From the NCBI GenBank assembly GCA_021803005.1, contig JAJZQT010000002.1:1-50274 (forward strand): DNA of 50,274 bases. The letters run 5' to 3'. Source of the DNA: Actinomycetes bacterium. Lineage in GTDB: Bacteria; Actinomycetota; Thermoleophilia; BMS3ABIN01. Positions within the stretch are counted from its first letter, which is position 1; the number at the start of each line of letters is the position of its first letter. The translations under genes were made by a program, and so were the position numbers. Below, piece after piece: positions 22,447-31,597 of this stretch. Below the pieces are notes generated by a model. It searched no databases and was not told where the DNA came from. It saw nothing but the letters and a program-made list of their open reading frames with translations.

Positions 22447-23512
22447 GGATACAACCATAGAGGAAAGGCGGCCGGCGCCGCGCGAGAGCGCCACGCCCAG
22501 GCAGGAGGCCGCCTACATCGCCTCGATCAAGGTGGTCGGAGTTGGAGGCGGCGGCACCAACGCCGTCAACCGCATGATCGCGTCCGGCATTATGGGTGTA
22601 GAATTCATCGCCCTTAATACCGATGCCCAGGCCCTGCAGATGTCCGATGCCGACGTCAAGATCCACGTGGGCGGCGAGCTCACCCGCGGGCTCGGAGGCG
22701 GCGCCGACCCGAATGTGGGCATCGAGGCCATGGAGCGCAGCCGCGATGAGGTGAAGAAGGTCCTGCGCGGCGCCGACCTGGTCTTCATCACCGCCGGCGA
22801 GGGCGGGGGCACCGGCACCGGCGCGGCCCCGGTAATCGCTGAGGCCGCGCGCGAAACCGGGGCGCTGACCATCGGCATCGTCACCCGTCCCTTCAGTTTC
22901 GAAGGCACCAAGCGCAACATCCAGGCTGAGGAAGGCATCCGCCGCCTGCGCGAGGCCGCCGACACCGTCATCATCGTTCCCAACGACCGGTTGCTGCAGA
23001 TCGTCGACCGCGGCACCAGCCTGCTGGAGGCATTCGCGGTCGCCGACGACGTGCTGCGCCAGGGCGTTCAGAGCATCTGCGACCTGATCAATCTCACCGG
23101 GCTTATCAACGTGGACTTCGCCGACGTGCGCACGATCATCCAGGGGGCCGGCACCGCGCTCATGGGTGTGGGTACCGCTTCCGGGGAAGGCCGCGCCACC
23201 GAGGCGGCCCGCCAGGCCATCGGCTCGCCGCTGTTGGAGACCTCGATCGAGGGCGCCCGGGGCATTCTCCTGAACGTCAAGGGCGGAGCCGACGTGGCGC
23301 TGCATGAGGCCAACGAGGCGGCCCAGGTCGTCGCGGCCGTGGCCGCCGAGGACGCCAACATCATCTTTGGCACGGTCGTGGACGAGAGCATGTCAGACAC
23401 GATCCAGGTGACGGTCATCGCCACGGGATTCGATCGCGCCCCCGACGTGCAGAGGCGCACGGCGGCAAAGCGCGAGGCGGCTCTGGACACACCGGACTTC
23501 GTCAACGGCTAG
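22376..23512 (+). CDS. ftsZ: cell division GTPase FtsZ
   Basis: ORF 22319..23512. The preferred ATG at 22376 lies 7 nt after AAGGAG (22363..22368). [35 protein letters not shown] tubulin signature, short linker and C-terminal LDTPDFV peptide. Confidence 0.93.
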   Translation: MGIRASMKEGALANLFQPTEHISEDTTIEERRPAPRESATPRQEAAYIASIKVVGVGGGGTNAVNRMIASGIMGVEFIALNTDAQALQMSDADVKIHVGGELTRGLGGGADPNVGIEAMERSRDEVKKVLRGADLVFITAGEGGGTGTGAAPVIAEAARETGALTIGIVTRPFSFEGTKRNIQAEEGIRRLREAADTVIIVPNDRLLQIVDRGTSLLEAFAVADDVLRQGVQSICDLINLTGLINVDFADVRTIIQGAGTALMGVGTASGEGRATEAARQAIGSPLLETSIEGARGILLNVKGGADVALHEANEAAQVVAAVAAEDANIIFGTVVDESMSDTIQVTVIATGFDRAPDVQRRTAAKREAALDTPDFVNG

Positions 23513-23533
23513 CAGAGCAGAATCGCGGAATTC

Positions 23534-23560
23534 AAAGGCGCCCCGCGGGGCGCCTTTTTT
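23534..23560 (+). terminator. rho-independent terminator after ftsZ (potentially bidirectional)
   Basis: AAA GGCGCCC CGCG GGGCGCC TTTTTT: a 7-bp GC stem, 4-nt loop and T6 tract, 22 nt after the ftsZ stop. It sits between the convergent ftsZ and SQR-like genes. Confidence 0.8.
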
Positions 23561-23608
23561 CGCCGTGGCATGGCTTTGGCGTGGCTTGGCCATTTAACGG
23601 CCGGGGAA

Positions 23609-24817
23609 TTACATCAGGTAGGAAAGCCCGCGCCGGGTCTTCCAAAGGAAGTACTTTTCCAGCGCCCGCTTGGCGATGTTGACCAGCGGATTGGGGATCA
23701 TCACCGCGAACTGGCGGGGCTTCAGCATGTGGTTGCTGAGGATGACGACCTCCTTGTGGCCGGCATCGAGAACGCAGAGACCGGGGATCTTCCCCCAAGG
23801 CTTGGCCTTCAGCGACGACTCCGGCTCTCCTTGGAGCAGTTTGACGATGTTGTGGGACGCGATCTTGGCGCTCTCCTCTGAAGGGAAACCGGTCTTGGGC
23901 ATGCCCATAGCCACCGGGGTTGTGAAGGGCAATGGCACCGCCACCGCCAGGCCCGCCGCGAAGATGTTGGCGTACTTCTTGTGCCGGTAGGTGTCGTTGA
24001 TGGGGATGAAGCCCTTCTCGTCGCCGAGGTCGCCGGAGTCCTTGACGAACCTGGCGCCGTTGAACGGCGGGATAATCATCGAGTACTTGTAGGGCAGCTT
24101 CCTGCCGTCCTTGAGCACGACATCGGTTTCGGTGATCCTCTCGACCTCGGAGTTGGTCACATACTTGATGTTGAACTTCTTCATAAACCCCTTGAGCATC
24201 GCTTCGCCGCCGGTCATGCCGTCGATGCCGAAATGGGCCAGGTATGGCTCAGGGGTGATCCAGGTGATGTCGACCCGGTCACGGACGCCCGCCTTGCGGG
24301 CGGCGTATTCCAGGTTGAAGAGGAACTCGTAACCGGCGCCCATGCAGCTGGCCCCCTGAGTGGCGCCCACGACGACCGGGCCTGGATCCTCGACGAGTTT
24401 CTTCCAGCCCTCGCGCGCCTTCTCGGCGTGACCGGGGGTGCAGACAGAATAGGTGTTCTCTTCCGGACCCAGCCCCTCGATCAGGTCAAACCGGGTGCTG
24501 ACACCCGAGGCTACCAGCAGGTAATCGTAGGCAACCTCGCCCTCGCTGGTCGAGACGGTGTTGGTTTCGGGATTGACCCGCGACACCTCGGCCTTGAGGA
24601 AGTCGACGCCATGCTTGTCGAGGATCGGTTTGACGGGGATGCTGATATCCTTGACCTCCCGCCAACCGAACGGGACCCAGATGAGCGAGGGGATATAGAC
24701 AAAATCAGCGGTCCTGGAGATTAGAGTGACCGTGTGACCGGGACCCAGCTTGCGTTTGGCCTCGAGCGCACCGGTGAGGCCGGCAAAACTGCTGCCTATT
24801 ACGACTACTTCTGACAT
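23609..24817 (-). CDS. sqr: sulfide:quinone oxidoreductase-like FAD flavoprotein
   Basis: N-terminal VVVIGSSFAGL FAD fold. Three cysteines sit in contexts resembling SQR redox cysteines (YSVCTPGHAEKA, GASCMGAGYEF, IPGLCVLDAGH). Confidence 0.72.
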   Translation of the reverse strand: MSEVVVIGSSFAGLTGALEAKRKLGPGHTVTLISRTADFVYIPSLIWVPFGWREVKDISIPVKPILDKHGVDFLKAEVSRVNPETNTVSTSEGEVAYDYLLVASGVSTRFDLIEGLGPEENTYSVCTPGHAEKAREGWKKLVEDPGPVVVGATQGASCMGAGYEFLFNLEYAARKAGVRDRVDITWITPEPYLAHFGIDGMTGGEAMLKGFMKKFNIKYVTNSEVERITETDVVLKDGRKLPYKYSMIIPPFNGARFVKDSGDLGDEKGFIPINDTYRHKKYANIFAAGLAVAVPLPFTTPVAMGMPKTGFPSEESAKIASHNIVKLLQGEPESSLKAKPWGKIPGLCVLDAGHKEVVILSNHMLKPRQFAVMIPNPLVNIAKRALEKYFLWKTRRGLSYLM

Positions 24818-25021
24818 GATTTCCTCTCCTTCGAGGGATTGGGAATGACCCCATTGATAATTTGCGCCACTGGCAGCAGAAGCCGCCCTCGATCCGGGAT
24901 ACCGCCCTCCTGGAGATACCTGCCGGGGTATTTCTCAGTGACACAATTTAGACACCCCGAGGCTAGAAAGGGTTCCGGAAAAAAACAGGAACCGACCGGA
25001 ATTCTTTGGAAAAAAAGCGCT

Positions 25022-25094
25022 GAAACGGCGGGGGAAATGGAGGGTGAAACGGCGGGGGAAACGGCGGGGGGGCGGCGCGCGCCGCCCCCCCGCC
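25022..25094. repeat. G-rich 13-nt repeat x3 plus a perfect 32-nt GC palindrome
   Basis: GAAACGGCGGGGG at 25022..25034, 25046..25058 and 25058..25070. The perfect palindrome at 25063..25094 (GGCGGGGGGGCGGCGC|GCGCCGCCCCCCCGCC) begins 11 nt downstream of the AsnC-like gene stop. Confidence 0.85.
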
Positions 25095-25105
25095 CAAACT
25101 GTCCC

Positions 25106-25342
25106 CTAGGGAAGCTCGACCACGACGCTGGTCATGGTCTGGGTTATGCCATCGATCGACTGGATCTGGGAAACGATCGTCTTGCCGAGCTCACTGATAT
25201 CGCCGCCCTCGATGTAGGCGATGAGGTCGTAAGCTCCCGTTACTGCGTGGGCGCTCTTTACCCCCGGGATTTCGGCCATCTGCTTGCGGGCGTCTCCCGC
25301 TTTTCCCGGAGCCGTATTAACGAGCACGTAGGCTGCTGCCAT
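25106..25342 (-). CDS. stand-alone Lrp/AsnC-type ligand-binding (RAM) domain protein
   Basis: 78 aa. AYVLVNTAPGK...IPGVKSAHAVTGAYDLIAYIEG is typical of small AsnC-family C-terminal-domain proteins. Confidence 0.65.
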   Translation of the reverse strand: MAAAYVLVNTAPGKAGDARKQMAEIPGVKSAHAVTGAYDLIAYIEGGDISELGKTIVSQIQSIDGITQTMTSVVVELP

Positions 25343-25522
25343 CTGTCATACCCCCTTCGGAAAAGTGTAAAATGAGCCGGCCCATAACATATGACGCGGC
25401 CCGTGCCTGCGTCAATTATGCTGGCCGCGGCGCAATTCTAAACCGCGCGGCGGCCTGGACGCCGGCGCCGCCCGATTTTGAACTGAAATCCGGTCCAGAC
25501 GGCGTCGCCCGGTAGCGTAACC

Positions 25523-26323
25523 ATGAAAAGACTCATTGTCAACGCAGACGACTTTGGCCTGACCTCCGGCGTCAACCGGGCGGTGATCGAATGCTACCTT
25601 GCCGGCGCCGTGACCAGCACCACCCTCCTAGTCAACGGCCAGGCCGCCGTCGAGGCGGCCCTGGAGGCTGCTGACAACCCGGGCCTCGGCGTCGGCCTGC
25701 ATCTGAACCTGTCAGCCGGACCGCCAACGGCCGACGCCGGCAAGGTGAGCTCACTGCTCGGCCCCGACGGCAATTTCCCGGGAATAAGACAGGCCCTGTG
25801 GCGCCTCACTACCGGCCGGGCGCGGGCGCACGAACTGGAAAGCGAGATCGTGGCCCAGGTTGAGCGCCTGCGCGAGCTTGGCATCAGGCCGACGCACATC
25901 GACAGCCATCACCACCTGCACGCGCACCCGCGGCTGCGTTCCCTGATCAAAAGGACCTGCCCCCGCCTGGGGATAACCAGGATGCGGGGTTATCACATGC
26001 CGCTGAAAAGCCCCAAGGCCCTGGCGGTGGCGATGGCGTCGCGCCTGCCCGCGCCCGGCAACGCCATGCAGACCCCGGCGGCGTTTTCCGGGATCGAGGT
26101 CATGGGCAGCATCAACCTGGCGGCCGAGCTGGAGCGCCGGCTGGCCCGCGAAGGCGACGCACTCGAGTTCATGTGCCACCCGGGTTACGCCGATGAGGCG
26201 CTGTCACGGGCCAGCAGCTACAATGAACCCAGGCAGACCGAGCTCGACTCGCTGCTTTCTGATGATTTTGCCGCTGCAATCAAGAGGTCCGGCGCGCAAC
26301 CGGTATCCTTCGCGGCGCTTTGA
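25523..26323 (+). CDS. YdjC/ChbG/HpnK-family carbohydrate deacetylase
   Basis: LIVNADDFGLTSGVNRAVIECY N-terminal motif and H-rich metal site (HIDSHHHLH). Confidence 0.75.
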   Translation: MKRLIVNADDFGLTSGVNRAVIECYLAGAVTSTTLLVNGQAAVEAALEAADNPGLGVGLHLNLSAGPPTADAGKVSSLLGPDGNFPGIRQALWRLTTGRARAHELESEIVAQVERLRELGIRPTHIDSHHHLHAHPRLRSLIKRTCPRLGITRMRGYHMPLKSPKALAVAMASRLPAPGNAMQTPAAFSGIEVMGSINLAAELERRLAREGDALEFMCHPGYADEALSRASSYNEPRQTELDSLLSDDFAAAIKRSGAQPVSFAAL

Positions 26324-27327
26324 CAAGACGGGGGAGCATGAAGCTGGACGAATGGTTCAACCGGCGCACCTATCACTACACCCAGTTCGCGGATGTGGAG
26401 GACCTCGTCAGGCTCAAGCGGCAGCAGGGCCTGACCATCAGCGTTTGCCTGCCCACCCGTAACGAGGCCGACACGATCCCGCACATTCTGCCGGTGATCC
26501 GGCGCTCGCTCATGGAACGCCACCAGCTGGTAGATCAGCTGGCGATCATCGACTCGCGCTCGACCGACGGTACAGCCAGGGTCGCATCCGGGCTCGGCGC
26601 CGAGGTCTTCTTCGACGACGAATACCTCACCGATCAGCCGCTGGCGTCGGGCAAGGGCGAAGCCCTCTGGAAGAGCCTGGTGCCGCTGACCGGGGATATC
26701 ATCGTCTGGGCCGATTCCGACATCAGGAACTTCTCGCCCCACTTCATCTACGGCCTGGTCGGCCCCCTGCTGACCGACCCCGCCATCGGCTACGTCAAGG
26801 GCTATTACCGCCGGCCGCTGTTCCTGGGGGAGATGAAACGGGAAACAGGCGGCGGGCGGGTCACCGAAATCTGCGCCAGGCCGCTGTTGAGCATGTTCTA
26901 TCCCGAGCTTTCGGGATTGATCCAGCCGCTTTCAGGCGAGTACGCCGGCCGCCGCGCGGTCCTGGAGAGCGTGCCCTTCTTCACCGGCTACGGGGTCGAA
27001 ATCGGGCTGGACATTGATATCTTCAGGAAGTTCGGGCTGGAAGCGATCGCCCAGACCGACCTGCGCCGCCGCGTTCACCACAATCAGAGTACCGTGGCGC
27101 TGGGAAGAATGTCTTTCAACATCATGCAGGCCGTCTTCAGGCGACTTCACGACGAGGGTCGGCTCGAGCTCAGGGACGAGCCCGGCACCGATTATCAACG
27201 CATTTTTTTCCGCGAAGACAAATACGGGATAGAATCACTCGAGACCAGAGTCATCGAGAGGCCGCCGCTGGCGTCGCTGGCGGAGTATCGCCGGCTGCAT
27301 CCACCACGGGAAGAGGATAAACAGTGA
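26320..27327 (+). CDS. gpgS: glucosyl-3-phosphoglycerate synthase (GT81)
   Basis: Strong collinearity with the GpgS family: CLPTRNE, IDSRSTDGT, GKGEALW, ADSDI, GYYRRPL, GGGRVTE..ARPLL, QPLSGEYAGRR, GYGVEIGL. The TTG at 26320 overlaps the ydjC-like stop; an alternative ATG lies at 26338. Confidence 0.82.
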   Translation: MTRRGSMKLDEWFNRRTYHYTQFADVEDLVRLKRQQGLTISVCLPTRNEADTIPHILPVIRRSLMERHQLVDQLAIIDSRSTDGTARVASGLGAEVFFDDEYLTDQPLASGKGEALWKSLVPLTGDIIVWADSDIRNFSPHFIYGLVGPLLTDPAIGYVKGYYRRPLFLGEMKRETGGGRVTEICARPLLSMFYPELSGLIQPLSGEYAGRRAVLESVPFFTGYGVEIGLDIDIFRKFGLEAIAQTDLRRRVHHNQSTVALGRMSFNIMQAVFRRLHDEGRLELRDEPGTDYQRIFFREDKYGIESLETRVIERPPLASLAEYRRLHPPREEDKQ

Positions 27328-28136
27328 CACCCCGCGTCCTTTATACAGACCTCGACGGCACGCTCCTGGGAAAAGGGGGGTCGCTGTTCCATACGGCCTC
27401 GGGTGAATTCACCCTGGCGGGAGCCCGGGCGCTTGACCTCTGCCGCGGCTGTGGCATCGAAGTCTGTTTTGCTTCCGGCCGCAGCGTCAGGCTGCTTGGC
27501 GAGGACGCGCGCGTCCTGGGCGTTGACAGGTACATCGCCGAGGCGGGCTGTGTGCTGGTACGGGACGCCGGCAAGATCGTGCTCAACTGCGCCCCTTTCG
27601 GAGAAAGGGCCGGGGTCAGCGTTTTCGACGAGATCGCCGAAACCGGCGCGCCGGCGCTGCTCCTGGAGCGTTTCGGTCCGGCGCTCGCCTACCACGACCC
27701 CTGGTATCGCGATCACAGCTTTTCCCATCTGATGCGCGGCAGGATCGACCTCGCCGAGGCAAACCGGCTGCTGGTGGACCGGGGCCACGGCGACCTCAAG
27801 TTGGTCGACAACGGCGTCATCGAGGACCGTGGCTATGGCATGCCGGTCGCGGAGGTGCATGCCTATCACCTGATCCCCCGGACGGCCGGCAAGGGTTCCG
27901 CCATCGAACTGGACCTGGGCCTGTCGGGATTAAGCCGGGAGGAAGCGATAGCCTGCGGGGATTCAGCCCAGGACCTGGAGATGGCCGCGGCGGTGTGCAG
28001 GCTTTACCTGATGGCCAACGCCACGGAAAATCATTCGGGGCTCATGGAAATCCTGGCGGGATACGACAACGTCGAGCTGGTCTCCCTTCCCATGGTGGAG
28101 GGGTTTGCCGAAGCGGCAAGGCGGGCGGCCGGCTAG
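27324..28136 (+). CDS. HAD-IIB phosphatase, probable glucosyl/mannosyl-3-phosphoglycerate phosphatase
   Basis: GTG start in a GTGA overlap with the gpgS stop. YTDLDGTLL motif I and CGDSAQDLEMA motif IV. The function is inferred from coupling to gpgS. Confidence 0.68.
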   Translation: MTPRVLYTDLDGTLLGKGGSLFHTASGEFTLAGARALDLCRGCGIEVCFASGRSVRLLGEDARVLGVDRYIAEAGCVLVRDAGKIVLNCAPFGERAGVSVFDEIAETGAPALLLERFGPALAYHDPWYRDHSFSHLMRGRIDLAEANRLLVDRGHGDLKLVDNGVIEDRGYGMPVAEVHAYHLIPRTAGKGSAIELDLGLSGLSREEAIACGDSAQDLEMAAAVCRLYLMANATENHSGLMEILAGYDNVELVSLPMVEGFAEAARRAAG

Positions 28137-28618
28137 TCGTTCAGAAAATCCTCGGGGGTGACCTGGTTTAAGAAGGCGCGGAACTTTTCCACGACCTCCT
28201 CGGCGTCCTCTACCTCGTGCTCGAACTCGATGGCGTTTTCCTCGACCAGCCGGTCGGAAGCAAAGATGGGGGCGTTGGTCCTGACCGCCAGGGCCAGGGC
28301 GTCGCTGGGCCGGGAGTCCACGTCGACCTCGCCGGAGTCCAGCCTCAGGGTCAGGAGGGCGTAAAAAGTGTTTTCCTTCAGCTCCGTGACCGTGACTTTG
28401 AGGACCTCGGCATGCAGCTCGTCGAGGATGGAGGTCATGAGGTCGTGCGTCATCGGCCGCGGCAGCTCGGTGCCCTGCAGTTTCATGAGGATGGCGGCGG
28501 CTTCCTGGTGCCCGATCCAGATGGGAAGGAATCTATTGGCGTCGGCGGTCTTGAGCAGGATGATCGGCTGCTTGCCGATGACATCGAAGCTTATGCCGTA
28601 GAGGACCATCTCTTTCAT
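28133..28618 (-). CDS. bifunctional nuclease family protein (DUF151/BFN)
   Basis: ORF 28133..28672. The likely start is the ATG at 28618 (MKEMVLYGISFDV...). The pattern PIILLK....R.LPIWIG..EA.AI....G...PRP.THDL matches DUF151. Confidence 0.75.
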   Translation of the reverse strand: MKEMVLYGISFDVIGKQPIILLKTADANRFLPIWIGHQEAAAILMKLQGTELPRPMTHDLMTSILDELHAEVLKVTVTELKENTFYALLTLRLDSGEVDVDSRPSDALALAVRTNAPIFASDRLVEENAIEFEHEVEDAEEVVEKFRAFLNQVTPEDFLND

Positions 28619-28733
28619 AACTTTCACCTCTGTCAAGCTATTATAGAAGGAAGCGAATCCGCTTGCCAGCAACCGGCCGCATTGGCTAAACTAACAGTCC
28701 GGATGGCACTGGGGGCCAGCCGCAGTTTTGCCC

Positions 28734-28810
28734 GGGCGTATAGCTCAGTTGGTTAGAGCGCATCTCTGATAAGGATGAGGTCCCTGGTTCGAATCCAGGT
28801 ACGCCCACCA
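28734..28810 (+). tRNA. tRNA-Ile (anticodon GAT), CCA encoded
   Basis: Manual cloverleaf: acceptor GGGCGTA/TACGCCC, D arm GCTC-AGTTGGTTA-GAGC, anticodon arm CATCT-CTGATAA-GGATG, T arm CCTGG-TTCGAAT-CCAGG, discriminator A, CCA. Confidence 0.93.
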
Positions 28811-29024
28811 GATTCCCCTCCCGCCCGACACGCCGCTTCTTTTCCATTCCCCTTTCCACGGTAAAGCAGTCGCCGCCCGAACGCATCCAGGGCCCGGCCG
28901 GCGGAGGAAAAGTTCACGGCCATTCTTTGCCGGGGGTCAGCCTGACCGGTTGGAAATCTTTCGCGCTGGTGGCAAGTCCGTGGATGGGGAAGCATAGCAG
29001 CGAGCCGCGCTCCCGGCCTTGTGC

Positions 29025-30098
29025 TTACGACCCCCGAATTTTTTGCCAGGTAAGGCCGCCATCGAGGCTGTGGAGGATGGTCTCCCCGTCGCCAACCGCG
29101 AAAAGGTTGTTTGCAGTCATGATGGCGATCGAGCGAATGGCCCCGGTTGTGTGGGAAACCGTCGGGGCCCACGAGTTGCCGCCGTCGTTGGTTCTCAGGA
29201 TCGCGCCGTCCCAACCGGCGGCAACGAGGGCCTGCGGGCCGACATATTTTATCGTCAGCAGTGACGGATTGAGGTTGCGCGGGCCGTACCCCCAGGTCTT
29301 GCCGCCATCCGGGGTCTTCAGCAGCACGGTGGTGCCGCCGTAGACGAAGACCTTGTCCTGGTCTACATTACCCGCCAGGAAAGCGTTCTGATTGTCCAGG
29401 ACGTCAACACTGTAGAGCTTCTGGTCGGTGGTCGGCAGGGTAACCGGCTGCCAGTTGATGGCGTCCGCGCTTTTGTAAACGCTTCCCGTGGAGCTGACGG
29501 CCATGCCCATCCCACCCGGGGCAAAGCTCACGCTTTGGAAATTCAGAGAAGGATCCCCCCGATCGGCAAAAAGCGGGGTCCAGGTCTTGCCGCCGTCCTG
29601 CGTGCCGATGATGGCTCCGCGCCAGCCCACGGCTACGGCGCCGCCGGCGCCGGTTGACGCCACCGAGTTCAGGGTCTCGCCTGTTGGCGAATCGATTTTC
29701 ACCCAGGTCTCGCCGGCGTCGGTCGAGCGCAGGATGTTGCCGCCGCCGCCAACCGCCAGCGCTGTGTTGGCGTCAAGGCAGGTCACGGAATAGAGGTCGG
29801 CCGTAACTGGAATCTTTACGGGGCTCCAGGTCTCGCCGGCATCGGTGGAGCGCAGAATGGTTCCGTTCCAGCCCGAAATCAGTCCAAGCCCTTTGCCGAA
29901 AAAGGCAACGTCTGTATATATTCGCTGCCATGAAGGAGTTGGAGGTGGAGGAGCGTCAGCCGGAATCGTCGGAGTCGGAGCCACTCCCGGCAGGCAGCCG
30001 GCAACCAGAAGCGCCGCCAACAGGGCAAGGCAGGCCGCGATCAGAGCGGCGCTCTGGCGCAGCGGTCGAATCCTGAAAATTTTGGCAGGGAAAAACAT
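29025..30098 (-). CDS. BNR/Asp-box beta-propeller lipoprotein (Ycf48-like)
   Basis: Signal peptide with lipobox LLVAGC. Repeated S/T-x-D-x-G-x-T/S-W Asp-boxes (STDAGETW x2, TQDGGKTW, TPDGGKTW, TNDGGNSW, SLDGGLTW). Confidence 0.75.
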   Translation of the reverse strand: MFFPAKIFRIRPLRQSAALIAACLALLAALLVAGCLPGVAPTPTIPADAPPPPTPSWQRIYTDVAFFGKGLGLISGWNGTILRSTDAGETWSPVKIPVTADLYSVTCLDANTALAVGGGGNILRSTDAGETWVKIDSPTGETLNSVASTGAGGAVAVGWRGAIIGTQDGGKTWTPLFADRGDPSLNFQSVSFAPGGMGMAVSSTGSVYKSADAINWQPVTLPTTDQKLYSVDVLDNQNAFLAGNVDQDKVFVYGGTTVLLKTPDGGKTWGYGPRNLNPSLLTIKYVGPQALVAAGWDGAILRTNDGGNSWAPTVSHTTGAIRSIAIMTANNLFAVGDGETILHSLDGGLTWQKIRGS

Positions 30099-30123
30099 GG
30101 GGTAGATATGATTCTACAACAGG

Positions 30124-31467
30124 CTAACGTTTGTTAACAAAGACAGGCATGGAGCCGAGGGTCAGCTGCTCTCCCGTGGTTTCGACAGAATTGCCCTCTA
30201 CATCCGTGACCAGGATCGGCCCCCGGACTTCAGCCGGGGGTTCGGTGCCGCCGGCGCTCCAGAGGACATAGACCGGATCGCGGTCATCGGGGAAGGAAAA
30301 CCTGTATTTGCCGTCGTCAAGCCGGATCACCTGGGAGCATCCAGCCAACTGCGAGATCAAGGTTTGATATGCGTAAAAGCCGAGTTTTTTTGTTCCCGCG
30401 GTTATGCCGGCGCCGGCCTCGCTGCCGAGGCCGTTATAGACCAGGCCGTTGTGATCAAAGAAACCGTCCTCGATATCCTCATAACGATAATTCTCGTAAA
30501 ACCGGGCCCAGGAGACGCGATCGACGTGGGCCCCCAACATGGTGACAAAACGCGAGACCAGTTCGGCCGCCTGCTGTTCCTCGGTCTGGCTGGGAGCGTT
30601 CGGCGGCCAGGAGAGGCTGCCGGTCGGAGTGGCGCACTCCGATACCCAGAAGCTGATCTCCGGACTGAGGCCGTGGCGGGGCAGCAGGCTCTGGTAGTCC
30701 TTCATCGTCTCGAGCATCCGCTCGTCCGTCCCGTAAAAATCGTAAAAATGCATGTCAATAATATCGAACGGCTTTGTGTTCCCAGGTGACCGGGCCGCGA
30801 TGTCACCGATGATTCGATCGTAGACATCCAGCGAGTGGCGCCAGCTCTCCATGTCCTGTCCCGGCCAGCGGGCGCCGGCCCCCGCCAGCGCGATCTTGCA
30901 GTCAGGGCAATTTTTGAGGACCTCCTCGCGGCCGGCAAAGAAAAAGCGCGGATAGTCATCAGGATTGTCCCACGACAGGTCAGGCTCGTTGCCGATCTGC
31001 CAGATCTTGATCCAAGGGTAGCGCCGGACAAGATGGTCCAGATTCGCCCGGAAAGTCGTCAGGTCTTCCGGCGCGAAGGAATTCATGGGAAGCACACAAC
31101 CGACGACCTCGACGTCCTGCGCATGCAGTTGCGCGAGGTAGGCCGGCTGCTCTATGAATTTCCATCCGTCGAAATAGAAATCCATCCGGACCCAACTAAC
31201 GCCGAGCTCCCGGGTGAGGTTAAGAGAGTAGTCCTGATACTGCTCGATGGAATTGAATCCGAGTGCGTCTATCATCATCCGGCTGGCGCTGGTGGGTAAT
31301 GTTCCGAGAGTACCCGGGCTGTAGAGGCCGAAAGGCGAGTACACTTCCACCGGCGCGTTTTCAAGCGTGTCCTCTCTGCAAGCGGACACGAGGATCAGCG
31401 CAGCGATCAGAGCAATTGCCGTCGCCGCGGCAATACCTAAACGTACATTCTTTTGGCGGTTTGACAT
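30124..31467 (-). CDS. clan GH-A (GH5/GH39-like) glycoside hydrolase lipoprotein
   Basis: ORF 30124..31566. The likely start is the ATG at 31467 (MSNRQKNVRLGIAAATAIALIAALILVSAC lipobox). IGNEPD acid/base-type motif and WVSEC nucleophile-type motif. Family and substrate are uncertain. Confidence 0.65.
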   Translation of the reverse strand: MSNRQKNVRLGIAAATAIALIAALILVSACREDTLENAPVEVYSPFGLYSPGTLGTLPTSASRMMIDALGFNSIEQYQDYSLNLTRELGVSWVRMDFYFDGWKFIEQPAYLAQLHAQDVEVVGCVLPMNSFAPEDLTTFRANLDHLVRRYPWIKIWQIGNEPDLSWDNPDDYPRFFFAGREEVLKNCPDCKIALAGAGARWPGQDMESWRHSLDVYDRIIGDIAARSPGNTKPFDIIDMHFYDFYGTDERMLETMKDYQSLLPRHGLSPEISFWVSECATPTGSLSWPPNAPSQTEEQQAAELVSRFVTMLGAHVDRVSWARFYENYRYEDIEDGFFDHNGLVYNGLGSEAGAGITAGTKKLGFYAYQTLISQLAGCSQVIRLDDGKYRFSFPDDRDPVYVLWSAGGTEPPAEVRGPILVTDVEGNSVETTGEQLTLGSMPVFVNKR

Positions 31468-31597
31468 ACGATAAGAACGCTGTTGAAAAGTGACTTTTCC
31501 CCGGGAAGCGGAATATAAATACCCGCTGTGCCTGGCCCCATAACTGTAACAGAAGTTTATTGCCAAATAATATTGGGGAGAAGGGCCCTCACCCTGC

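Noticed and set aside
25022-25070. Possible CRISPR-like array from the GAAACGGCGGGGG repeats
   Set aside because: There are only three 13-nt copies, two of them abutting, with no spacer-sized unique intervals and no cas genes. It is treated as a local repeat or terminator element instead.
28811-29024. 214-nt non-coding stretch 3' of tRNA-Ile as a possible integration (att) scar or genomic-island edge
   Set aside because: There is no integrase or recombinase, no direct repeat of the tRNA 3' end that I can find, and the flanking genes have the same composition as the rest of the window.
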